Positions 1-12,112 of a DNA stretch of 64,000 nucleotides are shown here, one piece after another. Below the pieces are notes generated by a model. The model searched no databases. It was not told where the DNA came from and saw nothing but the letters and a program-made list of their open reading frames with translations. The translations under genes and the position numbers were made by a program. This DNA comes from Antedon mediterranea (taxonomy: Eukaryota; Animalia; Echinodermata): NCBI RefSeq assembly GCF_964355755.1, contig NC_092677.1, positions 642,101 to 706,100 of the forward strand, read 5' to 3'. How positions within the stretch are numbered: the first letter of the stretch is position 1; the number at the start of each line of letters is the position of its first letter.

Positions 1-2416
1 TGGGCCATGAAACCTAGGACGGTAACTCTGTTGATATCTTGTATGTTAAGTATATTTAATTGCTTAAACAGTGGCTCAGAATGTTGCCATGGCTTTTTAA
101 ATAAAATTATTCTAGCAGCCTTTTTCTGGAGTTTAAGAAGGGATTCTAGTGTACTATCATATGTACTGCCCCAAATAATGTTTCCATACTGAAGGTGCGG
201 TAGAATTAATGTATTATACAAATTTGTTAAAATATAATTAGGAAAAAAATGTCTAGTTTTTATCAATATTCCAATAGACCTAGCGGTTTTTTTGCTAATA
301 AGCCTTATATGATTTTTCCAGCAAAGGTTCTCATTTATTACAACCCCAAGAAATGTTAAATTTTTTTGTTGTTCTAAAGTAATGTTATTCATTTTCAATT
401 CAATGTTGGTTGTAATAATACGCCTTTGGGCAGTTTTAAAGATTACGTAATTTGTTTTGCTGGTGTTTAATAAAAGTTTATTAGCTTTGAACCACATATT
501 AATTCTATCTAGTTCCACATTCATAGTGTTTGCCAATGCGTTCAGGTTTTTTCCACACTTGAATCCTGTTGTATCATCGGCAAAGCTAATTAATTCAATT
601 TGTGTACTTGAGTTACATATATCGTTTACATATACAAGAAACAACAAAGGTCCCAAAACGGACCCTTGTGGAACACCAATACTAGTCTCCGTAATATTAG
701 ACGAAGTACCATTTATAAAAACATATTGCTTTCGTGATTTTAAGTAGTTACTGAACCATTTTAGTGTAACACCTCTTATACCATAGTGGAATAGCTTGTT
801 CAGTAATATACTGTGGTCAATAATATCAAATGTCTTTGACAGATCCATAAATGTGGCAATTACGAACTCTTTGTTTTCAAATGCCTTTAGTATTTTGTGG
901 ATCAGATCAATTATAGCGTGGGAGGTTGAATGATTGTTTCGGAAGCCGTATTGCCAATCATTTAGTATATTGTAAGTTTTAAAGTAATTATACAATCTGG
1001 AATGGACTATCTTTTCAAAGATTTTAGAGAAAATTGGTAGTAGTGATATCGGGCGATAATTCGAGGCTAAATGACGGTCCCCTTTTTTGTATATGGGAAT
1101 TACTTTTGCAATTTTTATCTGTTCCGGTATTGAGCCGGAGTGAAGAGATACGTTAAATATATAAGTCAAGGGCTTTACAATAGCATCACCAACTGCCTTG
1201 ACTAACTTTGGTGAAATATCATCAAAACCAGGTGTTTTGTTTGCATCAAGTGATTGAATCACTTTTAACACTTCCTCCTCATTTACATGGTAGAAAAACA
1301 TAGAGTTACTTTGCCTGTTTAGCAGGTAATCAGAGTATTGTGCCGTTGATGGCTCAATACTGTCCCGTACCTTGAGACCAACATTAATAAAATAATCGTT
1401 AATGTGGTTTGCAATAGGCTCACAACCCTCTATGAGTTTGTCACCAGATGTAAAAGTGGATGGAACATTATTTTTGCCTCCACCTGGATTTATAATATCA
1501 TTTATAATATTCCATGTTTTTTTTTTTATTTCCTTTAGTATTGTTAAAAACATTTTCATAATATGATTTCTTTGCCTTTTTGCATGTACGCATAAATGAC
1601 TTATTAAACTCTTTATAAATATCCTTATTTTTAGACGAGGGATGTTTTATAAATTTGTTGTACAACACATGTTTTCTTTTGCTAGACTTTAAGAGTCTTG
1701 AGCTCATCCATGGTTGTTTGAACTTTTTATACTTTTTGTGATTTTCTTGAACTTTTTTTTTTTCAAGTTTTTATTATATAATTTTTTGAAAGTGTTGATA
1801 AAAGCATTGTAAGCATCATCAGCGTTTGTCCTTACATATACATCAGCCCAATCAACAGGTAATAAGTCATTATATAGTTTATTTATATTTCTTTCGTTTA
1901 TTGCATATTTATGAGGTTCTATATTACCGGTTTTTACTTTAATATGTTTGTCGGGCACGGAGTGGATAATTTGGTATACCGGTAAATGATCAGATATGTC
2001 TGAGATTAGTATACCAGATAACATTTGTTCAGAAAGTGTATTGGAGAAAATGTTATCAATTAATGAAGATGTGTTGTTTTGTATTCTAGTGGGTCTTGAA
2101 ATCGATGGGTAGTAGGAATGCGACATCATTACTTCTAGAAAATTATTTACAAAATCAGTCGATGCATGCTTAAGTAAATTAATGTTAAACACGAACTTGT
2201 GTTATCAATAGACGTAAATTGTTTCCTTCCACTAATATAGTTTCTAAACCATTTAAGAGCCGTGCCTGTTATGCCATAGTGTTCCAATTTTTTAAGAAGT
2301 ATATCATGGTTGATGGTGTCAAACGCTTTTGACAAATCAATAAATATTCCGATGGTATTTTTTTTCTTATCAAGCGCATCGGTTATTCGTTCAACCAGAT
2401 CTATAACGGCCATAAA
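1..2416 (-). repeat. Tandem duplicate of 2828-5243 (2827-bp unit = 5'-truncated LINE-A plus ~230 bp of LINE-B); runs off the window start
   Basis: 1-2416 matches 2828-5243 at a constant offset of 2827 (ORFs 457/3284, 1498/4325, 1704/4531). I spotted only two substitutions by eye. Confidence 0.95.
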
Positions 2417-5016
2417 TCAGTTTATTACTTCCAGTATACATGTGGATTCTTTCTATATATATTATAGCAAAAGTATGAATACATATAATATAAAACAGGC
2501 TATGTGTGTACACTTGCACACACCAACACAAATGCATAATATATGCATCTATATTTTATGAGTGAAGCATTTTAAGTTCTGTAATTCGATAAAATGTCTC
2601 TTTTTACATATTTTTTTAGTATTTTATAATTTTTGTTAACAATATCTAAGTGATTTCTACAGAGCTCGTTCCATAGTTTCGGTCCGTGAATACTGATAAA
2701 ATGTTGACCAGACGTTAACCTAGAGTATGGTAGTTTTACGCTACAAATATTTCGAAGATTATGGGTAGTATTTTCGTTTCTTTTGAATATCATTTGGATT
2801 CGTTTGGGTAAAACATTGCTTTTAATCTGGGCCATGAAACCTAGGACGGTAACTCTGTTGATATCTTGTATGTTAAGTATATTTAATTGCTTAAACAGTG
2901 GCTCAGAATGTTGCCATGGCTTTTTAAATAAAATTATTCTAGCAGCCTTTTTCTGGAGTTTAAGAAGGGATTCTAGTGTACTATCATATGTACTGCCCCA
3001 AATAATGTTTCCATACTGAAGGTGCGGTAGAATTAATGTATTATACAAATTTGTTAAAATATAATTAGGAAAAAAATGTCTAGTTTTTATCAATATTCCA
3101 ATAGACCTAGCGGTTTTTTTGCTAATAAGCCTTATATGATTTTTCCAGCAAAGGTTCTCATTTATTACAACCCCAAGAAATGTTAAATTTTTTTGTTGTT
3201 CTAAAGTAATGTTATTCATTTTCAATTCAATGTTGGTTGTAATAATACGCCTTTGGGCAGTTTTAAAGATTACGTAATTTGTTTTGCTGGTGTTTAATAA
3301 AAGTTTATTAGCTTTGAACCACATATTAATTCTATCTAGTTCCACATTCATAGTGTTTGCCAATGCGTTCAGGTTTTTTCCACACTTGAATCCTGTTGTA
3401 TCATCGGCAAAGCTAATTAATTCAATTTGTGTACTTGAGTTACATATATCGTTTACATATACAAGAAACAACAAAGGTCCCAAAACGGACCCTTGTGGAA
3501 CACCAATACTAGTCTCCGTAATATTAGACGAAGTACCATTTATAAAAACATATTGCTTTCGTGATTTTAAGTAGTTACTGAACCATTTTAGTGTAACACC
3601 TCTTATACCATAGTGGAATAGCTTGTTCAGTAATATACTGTGGTCAATAATATCAAATGTCTTTGACAGATCCATAAATGTGGCAATTACGAACTCTTTG
3701 TTTTCAAATGCCTTTAGTATTTTGTGGATCAGATCAATTATAGCGTGGGAGGTTGAATGATTGTTTCGGAAGCCGTATTGCCAATCATTTAGTATATTGT
3801 AAGTTTTAAAGTAATTATACAATCTGGAATGGACTATCTTTTCAAAGATTTTAGAGAAAATTGGTAGTAGTGATATCGGGCGATAATTCGAGGCTAAATG
3901 ACGGTCCCCTTTTTTGTATATGGGAATTACTTTTGCAATTTTTATCTGTTCCGGTATTGAGCCGGAGTGAAGAGATACGTTAAATATATAAGTCAAGGGC
4001 TTTACAATAGCATCACCAACTGCCTTGACTAACTTTGGTGAAATATCATCAAAACCAGGTGTTTTGTTTGCATCAAGTGATTGAATCACTTTTAACACTT
4101 CCTCCTCATTTACATGGTAGAAAAACATAGAGTTACTTTGCCTGTTTAGCAGGTAATCAGAGTATTGTGCCGTTGATGGCTCAATACTGTCCCGTACCTT
4201 GAGACCAACATTAATAAAATAATCGTTAATGTGGTTTGCAATAGGCTCACAACCCTCTATGAGTTTGTCACCAGATGTAAAAGTGGATGGAACATTATTT
4301 TTGCCTCCACCTGGATTTATAATATCATTTATAATATTCCATGTTTTTTTTTTTATTTCCTTTAGTATTGTTAAAAACATTTTCATAATATGATTTCTTT
4401 GCCTTTTTGCATGTACGCATAAATGACTTATTAAACTCTTTATAAATATCCTTATTTTTAGACGAGGGATGTTTTATAAATTTGTTGTACAACACATGTT
4501 TTCTTTTGCTAGACTTTAAGAGTCTTGAGCTCATCCATGGTTGTTTGAACTTTTTATACTTTTTGTGATTTTCTTGAACTTTTTTTTTTTCAAGTTTTTA
4601 TTATATAATTTTTTGAAAGTGTTGATAAAAGCATTGTAAGCATCATCAGCGTTTGTCCTTACATATACATCAGCCCAATCAACAGGTAATAAGTCATTAT
4701 ATAGTTTATTTATATTTCTTTCGTTTATTGCATATTTATGAGGTTCTATATTACCGGTTTTTACTTTAATATGTTTGTCGGGCACGGAGTGGATAATTTG
4801 GTATACCGGTAAATGATCAGATATGTCTAAGATTAGTATACCAGATAACATTTGTTCAGAAAGTGTATTGGAGAAAATGTTATCAATTAATGAAGATGTG
4901 TTGTTTTGTATTCTAGTGGGTCTTGAAATCGATGGGTAGTAGGAATGCGACATCATTACTTCTAGAAAATTATTTACAAAATCAGTCGATGCATGCTTAA
5001 GTAAATTAATGTTAAA
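2417..5016 (-). mobile_element. LINE-A, CR1/L2-clade non-LTR retrotransposon, 5'-truncated, with 3' UTR
   Basis: Contains the C-terminal APE endonuclease (PTRI..SSLIDNIF..SDHLP) and RT motifs (YRPISLL, QYGFR, DLSKTFD, GVPQGSVLGPLLF, FADDT). The 3' end reads AATAAACTGA at ~2417. The 5' junction to LINE-B has an AAA microhomology at 5014-5016. Confidence 0.9.
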
Positions 5017-5019
5017 CAC
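2572..5019 (-). pseudogene. LINE-A ORF2 (partial endonuclease plus reverse transcriptase), frameshifted
   Basis: ORFs 4531-5019, 4325-4534 and 2572-4386 join into one ORF2 through frameshifts in homopolymer tracts. Confidence 0.9.
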
Positions 5020-7098
5020 GAACTTGTGTTATCAATAGACGTAAATTGTTTCCTTCCACTAATATAGTTTCTAAACCATTTAAGGGCCGTGCCTGTTATG
5101 CCATAGTGTTCCAATTTTTTAAGAAGTATATCATGGTTGATGGTGTCAAACGCTTTTGACAAATCAATAAATATTCCGATGGTATTTTTTTTCTTATCAA
5201 GCGCATCGGTTATTCGTTCAACCAGATCTATAACGGCCATAAAAGTAGAACTGTTTTTTCTGAAACCATATTGTGCATTATTAAGGATGTTAAACTTTGT
5301 GATATAATTATTTACTCTAATTTGAACAATTTTTTCAAGAATTTTTGAAGCGGTAGGCAGAATAGAGATCGGCCTATAATTACTGACGTCACTTTTATTG
5401 CCAGATTTAAAAATTGGAACTACTCTAGCTACTTTCATACTATCAGGGACCATGCCTGTCTCAAGAGAGAGGTTAAAGATATGTACAAGAGGAGATGCCA
5501 CAGCAGCAATAATATGTTTTAGAATGCGATTACTTAAGTTATCAACACCTTCTGAATTTGAATTTTTGATTTGACTAACTATTTCAATGACCTCTTCTTC
5601 ATTCGTAGGATTGAAAAATATGGATTGGGATTGACTCTCTTTCATATATTGTTTAAAGTCAGAATTGTTTACATTTGGTATTTTGTTTGCTAATTCATTT
5701 CCAATGTTGGAGAAGAAGTTATTAAAAGCGTCAGACATACCTTTTGGATCACATACCAAAGTTTTATTACTATGGTTAATTACCTCATTTGGCTTAACAC
5801 TCGATTTTTTTCTATTTAGAACTTCATTTAAAACTGTCCATGTTTGCTTTGAATCGTGTCGAGCTGCATCCAGTTTTTTGGAATGATATTGTTTTTTTCC
5901 GAATTCTAATTAAATGAGTTAATTTATTTTTTTACTTTTTATATATATTTTTTAATAATTGTGTTGGGTTTTTAAGGTATTTTTTATAAAGTTTATTTTT
6001 CCTTTTTATTGAAATCAAAATTCCTGTTGTGATCCATGGTTTTTTCTTTGTATTACCATTTGGCTTATTACTTTTTGTAGGTATGTTATGATCTTTGAGA
6101 TTGGATAGTTTTTTAATAAATAGGTTATATGTTGTATTGGTATCTGTGCATAAATATAGTTCACCCCAATCCTCATTAGAAATAGCAATAAGCAAGTTAT
6201 TTAATGTTGTATCATTAATTATTTTTTGTTTTGTAATTGGAGCTTGTGTGTTAGTATTTAATGACAAGTGTGTTGTCATGAAAATGGGTAAATGATCGGT
6301 AATGTCAGTGACTATTACTCCACAATGCGAAATTTTATCATCATTTGTAATAATATTATCTAAAACTGTAGCAGAAGACGATGTTATTCTGGTGGGTAAG
6401 TTGATTAATGGATTAAAAGATGTTGAGTAAATAATGTTTGTGAATTCCTGTGTTGTTTTTTGAATGTCATATTTTAATAAGTCTTGATTAAAATCTTCTA
6501 AGATATAGCAGTTTTTGTTTTCGCGATTAAGTTTATGTAAGATTTCTTCCAGATCAGAGTTAAATGAGTTTACGTTTGAATTTGGTGGTCGATACAACAT
6601 ACCTACAATAGTATTTTTGCCGTTTGTGTTTATTATTTCTAGAAAAAGTGAATCAATAGAGTTATCATTAAATACAAAATCATCACGTGTTACGGTGTTG
6701 ATTTGTTCTTTTAAATATAGACAAACTCCACCACCGACTCTACCTTCTCTATTACAAGTGTACATATTGTATCCATTGATATTTAATAAGTCAATTGGCG
6801 TGTTCTTATTTATCCAGGTTTCCGAGAAACCAAGTACATCAAACGCACGACCTATGGTATCTAACATAATGCTAATTTCGTCGAAGTGTTTTGGAAGACT
6901 ACGTGCATTCATGTGTAACGTTGTAAAGATACCATCGTTATCAATTTGCGCCTGTAGCTCATTTAGTTGTGTTGGAGTGAAATATTTGCATAAACCAGCC
7001 TCGTCACTTTCAAAGCAATCTAAGGAATGTGTAGGACTCGATTTATTTTCATATTGAGTCGTGCTCATAAAGTAGTATTGGAAAAGAACAAAATACAA
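5014..7098 (-). pseudogene. LINE-B ORF2: APE endonuclease plus RT N-terminal half, frameshifted near 5930
   Basis: APE motifs HMNARSL, SETW, GGGVCLY, YRPPN, EDFN (normally GDFN), PTRIT, LDNI and TDHLP. RT motifs YRPISIL, QYGFR and DLSKAFD. Confidence 0.88.
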
Positions 7099-7330
7099 TC
7101 AATTCACCAAAGCTGTTAAGCAAAATGGCGTTCAAATAAATGACTAAAAACCGGCAGGTTAGCAATACAATAATAAAAAAAAAACAATTTACAATAAAAA
7201 GAATCACAATAAAGCACACACACCAAACAGTTAATGCAGTCTATAATGTATACAATAGTTAAAATTCTGGTTTCAGGGCAAAAACAAGAAATCTCACAAT
7301 TTCACATTTAATGTACTACCACACGGTAAA

Positions 7331-8155
7331 TTAGGTGGAATGCAGTTTGTTGAGATCGGAAAATTTTGTTACGACAATCTTCTTATTATTCTTAGTTAGT
7401 ACATGTATGCGTCCATCTTGGGTCCAGACTGCGGTCAAGGCGGAATTATGCTGGGTTTTGATGGTTCTTAACAATTTCATCCTTTTCATTGTTAGGTTCT
7501 CGTGTATAAAGGTATCGGTACCTTTCAGTTTTCTTTTTGCTTTATAAACTTCATTTCTTTTATTGTATTGAGCGAACTTCACAATAACTCCCCGGGGCTT
7601 GCCGTTACTTGGTTTCTTGGGGCCTAGTCTGTGACTCCTATCAATGTCATTATGATTCACCGTAAGGTTCATCTTAGAACTAAATAATTGTGTAACAATA
7701 TTATCGGTATTCTCACCTACTTTCTCCTCCAGTCCGTGTATCACCAAACAGTTCCTCCTGGAATATTGTTCACTTTCATCCAGTGATTCCCTAATGTCCT
7801 CGATTTCCTGTTCCATTTTCTTCATGCGATCATTCGACTCGTCAAGTTCAAATCTAAGAGCATCCATAGTGGCTTTACTAACAATTTGCATAATATGCTC
7901 AGCCAGTTGGTCCTTGATCATCGATGTTATTTGTTTCGCTAAGTTATCCAATATGTCCGATTTGCCATCAAATAAGAGTTTCAATTCAGATTGGATAATG
8001 CCAGCGATTTCCTTAGAGTCTATGTCGCAATTGGACTTATCTAACTTATTTTCAAGGCAAGGGATGCCTTTTCCTTCAGCCTCTTTTTGGTTACGACGTG
8101 GCCTGGCTGCAGGCTAATCGTCCCTCTGTCCTCCCTTTGGCTTACCACCGCCCAT
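7331..8155 (-). pseudogene. LINE-B ORF1 (coiled coil plus L1-ORF1-like RNA-binding domain) with one premature TAG
   Basis: ATG at 8155 (MGGGKPK..) is in frame with the 217-aa ORF 7331-7984 except for TAG at 8114-8116. Motifs EQYSRRNCLVIHG, DIDRSHRLG, PRGVIVKF, FIHENLT and WTQDGRI are typical of CR1 ORF1. Confidence 0.85.
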
Positions 8156-8340
8156 GTTGCGGGCAAATAAAACACTGAAATCGAGTAAACAAAATTGAAC
8201 AATGAACAATAGTAAACGTAGGTTGCGACTATGTGTAACAATGCATTCAGCTTGTGTGACACGTGAAATGTTTGATTTCCAGGAGCGAGTATTCGACACG
8301 TCTTACTCGCATCGCTTCTCGATTATTTCTCGAAATAACT

Positions 8341-9571
8341 CATCTAAATAACTTGGAAATGTGCTACACCATATTATGTTGCAATAATTTAATACTGGTT
8401 CAATGAGTGATTTGTATATTGTCCAGAGAGCATAGGTTGGTAAAAAATGTCTTACTTTATATAGTATGCCTACATATCGAGATATTTTCCTAGCTGTAAC
8501 ATTGATGTGGTTCTTATATGTGAGAAATTCATCAATATGTACTCCAAGGAATTTAGTCGATTTAACTCTTTCTATTCTTTTATTGTTGACATAAATATTT
8601 ACATTCTCTAAATTACTTGGATTTTGCTGATTGCGGAAAATTATGTAATTAGTTTTTTTAACGTTGATTGATAGTTTATTGCACATGAACCAATCCGAAA
8701 CATTTTTTAGTTCACCATTAACTAGTTCTATGAGCGTATCCAAGTTTTCGTGAGATGCAGATATGTTTGTGTCGTCAGCAAATAAAACAAAAAATAACGA
8801 GTTTGAGCAATTAAATACATCGTTAATGTACAAAATAAAAAGTAGAGGCCCCAGAATTGAACCCTGTGGTACACCGCAATTTATATCCATCAAACACGAA
8901 CTTGTGTTATCAATAGACGTAAATTGTTTCCTTCCACTAATATAGTTTCTAAACCATTTAAGGGCCGTCCTCTTATGCCATAGTGTTCCAATTTTTTAAG
9001 AAGTATATCATGGTTGATGGTGTCAAACGCTTTTGACAAGTCAATGAATATTCCGATGGTATTTTTTTTTTTACAAGCGCATCGGTTATTCGTTCAACCA
9101 GATCTATAACGGCCATAAAAGTAGAACTGTTTTTTCTGAAACCATATTGTGCATTATTAAGGATGATAAACTTTGTGATATAATTATTTACTCTAATTTG
9201 AACAATTTTTTCAAGAATTTTTGAAGCGGTAGGCAGAATAGAGATCGGCCTATAATTACTGACGTCACTTTTATTGCCAGATTTAAAAATTGGAACTACT
9301 CTAGCTACTTTCATACTATCAGGGACCATGCCTGTCTCAAGAGAGAGGTTAAAGATATGTACAAGAGGAGATGCCACAGCAGCAATAATATGTTTTAGAA
9401 TGCGATTACTTAAGTTATCAACACCTTCTGAATTTGAATTTTTGATTTGACTAACTATTTCAATGACCTCTTCTTCATTCGTAGGATTGAAAAATATGGA
9501 TTGGGATTGACTCTCTTTCATATATTGTTTAAAGTCAGAATTGTTTACATTTGGTAATTTGTTTGCTAATT
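8341..9571 (-). mobile_element. LINE-B copy 2, 5'-truncated RT fragment, host of copy 1
   Basis: 8892-9571 is nearly identical to 5014-5695. ORF 8303-8893 has GVPQGSILGPLLF and FADDT. It ends at 9571, where the receptor 3'-UTR paralog of 14602 begins. Confidence 0.88.
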
Positions 9572-9572
9572 T

Positions 9573-12112
9573 ACAAATTCAATAATGTTACAGTAATTTT
9601 AAATTGTATGATAACTTGAAATGTTATTGTAACTTTACATTTTTTTAATAATTGTCTTTTTATGAAATGTATTTTTGTAACTGTAATTGTATTATCGAGG
9701 ACCCCAATGATCATCTTTTGGTGAACGGGCTACCCTCATTAAAAATGAATAAAAAACGTACGATTCATTACTTAACCTCTCAAGGTGTAGTTATTTGTTC
9801 GTGTCTATATTTATAAGGCATTTGAATTAGCATGAGATACTTGAGTTATTGTTGCTGTTGCATTTGCCTACTGATAGGTGACAGTATTTGGATTACAATA
9901 TATAAAATACTTCCTTGATAGGGATGGACTTAATATTTTGTGTAAATGACGACTAAATGGGTGCAAACTTTGTGTACGGTGCAAGAGTATTTGTAATAAA
10001 CGTTCGGTAAACAATTCTGTGCAGTCGTAAAGAGCGGTTCATTTGTCACTTCCGGCATCGATAGGTCTAAATTAAATTTGTTATTTTATGGCAATGAAAC
10101 AATTATGAGTTGGGAGAGGAGTTAAGTTTTGTCAACGAAATATACTAGACGGCCGCCGGATCATCAAACATAAGGTATGTCATTACTATAGAACTTCGCC
10201 CGAGAGCTGGTATCCCAAACTCTCATTTTGATATTCCATTACTGATAAAACCTCTATACCATACTCTCTCGATCCCGGTGGAAATGTAGTTTATAAACTT
10301 TCCAGTACAATTCTAGCAATGTTGATACCGGCCTTCCCCAATGGATACATTTTCCCTCCTCTCTCTGCTGATATACATTAGCTGTTTCCTTTATAGGGAT
10401 GGACTTATTTTGTGCAAATGACGACCAAATTAGTGCGAACTTTGTGTACGGTCTAAAGTATTTTGTTTTTAAACTTACGTTTTAAAATTCTTTATAGTAC
10501 TAAAGAACGGTTTATTGCCGCTTCCGGCATCGACAAACATACATGTAAATTTATGAAAGAATTATGAATTGGACCCGGGACTTTCCCCACTAAATTCTTA
10601 ATTGTGTCTAGTCACGTGTAGTGGCATGATAATACAATCCTGTACTACCTATTGAAATGGGGTTGTAATGTGGTTAAAACACTGTATTTGTTGGACAATG
10701 AAATGTATTAGGTAAATTATCTAAACATCGTTAAACATTCTTTCCATTTACGATAGGTAGCCTACACGAGTAATTGAATTGTGGATAATGTTATCAAAGA
10801 AGGATATTTATTTGCATCTTTTTCTTTTATGCTGTAAGTAATCTAATATGGTTCTATTTGTGCTTTGTTTTTTTTTTTATTTTGTAAAATTACAAAGTTA
10901 TTATAATACTGGAATACTTCTTCATTTTCTACATTGTTTTCTGCCTTTGATATTTTATTCGGACCCCAATGGAAACTAATTCTTTTTCTTAGGATTAATT
11001 GGGTTGTCCTGAATTCATCATCAAATGTTTCTCCTTTGTTTTCTCTCTTATGTTTTTTCATTTGACTGTTTTTATGTATGATATTTTTGATGTTTGGATT
11101 AAAAAAAAAACAAACAATATCATTCTGTACAGTAGTATAAAACACTTAAAAGTAAAAACAATCCCATTATTGTTTGATCATGTTCTATTACTTTTTTGTT
11201 TAACAAATTCAGTCTTACGAAAATATGTTGCTGTAACAGTGACTGTTGATGACATAGATGTAGCTGAAGGATCTGAAGCAAGAATAACATGTAACATTGT
11301 ACCAGCTAGCAGTGGAGCTGTTCCTGTTGTAACATGGTATAATGTTACCAATGGGGCAAATGATTTAATAGCAGCTTATCAAGGTGGATTTGGAACAATA
11401 GAACCAGGTTACATTGACAGATTTAGTGTTGAAAATGACATTACTCTTGTAATTACCAACACTCTCAGAATTGACAGTGGAACATATCAATGTAGTGTCA
11501 ATTTAGTTGGAGATAGTCCATCAGTTGATGATGATATATGCACACTGACTGTAAATTGTGAGTACAGTAACTCCTTAATTAGGTGTGGTACATAACTTGA
11601 GTCTTATAATTCTCATAAATTGAAATGCTGTTTGTCAATAGGATAGGACGGTCAAAGGTTTAAAGAGGAATCCTAGTTTAAAATTTCTCTTATCGTTCCA
11701 GTCCTTAACAGTGTATTAAGTGAAGACAAAAAAGGATAGGCCTATGTTGATAGAAGATTAAACAATATTGCTTTTACTCAATAACTTACTGTTTTCTTTA
11801 AATTTTACCAAATATAGCCTAATAATATGAATTATCCTTAAATTTTATAGATTTAGATAAACCCGAAATGAACTTTTTGACACTTGTAACTGAAGGAGAT
11901 GAAGTTGTCATGACCTGTGTTGTGGATTCGAGTCCAGAAGCTATGTGCAACTTTATAAAAGATGGTGACGTACTACCACATGATGGTTCATGTACGTTTA
12001 CAATTCCATCAGCCAGTCGTGCTGATGATGGAAGTTATGAGTGCGAGGCGGATAATGGTGTTGGTAACAAACAAAAAAGTGACAATAGAAACCTAGAGGT
12101 ACAATGTAAGTA
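9573..12112 (+). repeat. Segmental duplicate of 14602-17130 (tandem gene-duplication unit of ~5.03 kb)
   Basis: Near-identical sequence at an offset of ~5020-5029, covering 3' UTR, promoter, signal, V and Ig2 exons. Similarity stops just after the Ig2 splice donor. Confidence 0.92.
10577..10586 (+). promoter_or_regulatory. Canonical NF-kB site GGGACTTTCC upstream of the receptor-1 signal exon
   Basis: Exact kB consensus about 200 bp before the ATG. Its function is not shown. Confidence 0.5.

Larger units (their letters stand above)
5014..8340 (-). mobile_element. LINE-B copy 1 (CR1-like) with 5' UTR, ORF1 and the N-terminal part of ORF2, interrupted by LINE-A
   Basis: ORF1 at 7331-8155, APE domain at 5932-7098, RT N-terminus at 5014-5759. 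The 5' end lies near 8340, where LINE-B copy 2 coding sequence begins. Confidence 0.88.

Noticed and set aside
7-8945. Plus-strand ORFs (457-747, 3284-3574, 6515-7057, 7794-8117 and others)
   Set aside because: They are antisense shadows of LINE coding sequence.
2572-9521. Retron, DGR or other prokaryotic RT system acting on the Ig genes
   Set aside because: The RTs are fused to an APE endonuclease and accompanied by ORF1, so they are ordinary LINEs. No template/variable repeat pair or adenine-specific variation is seen.
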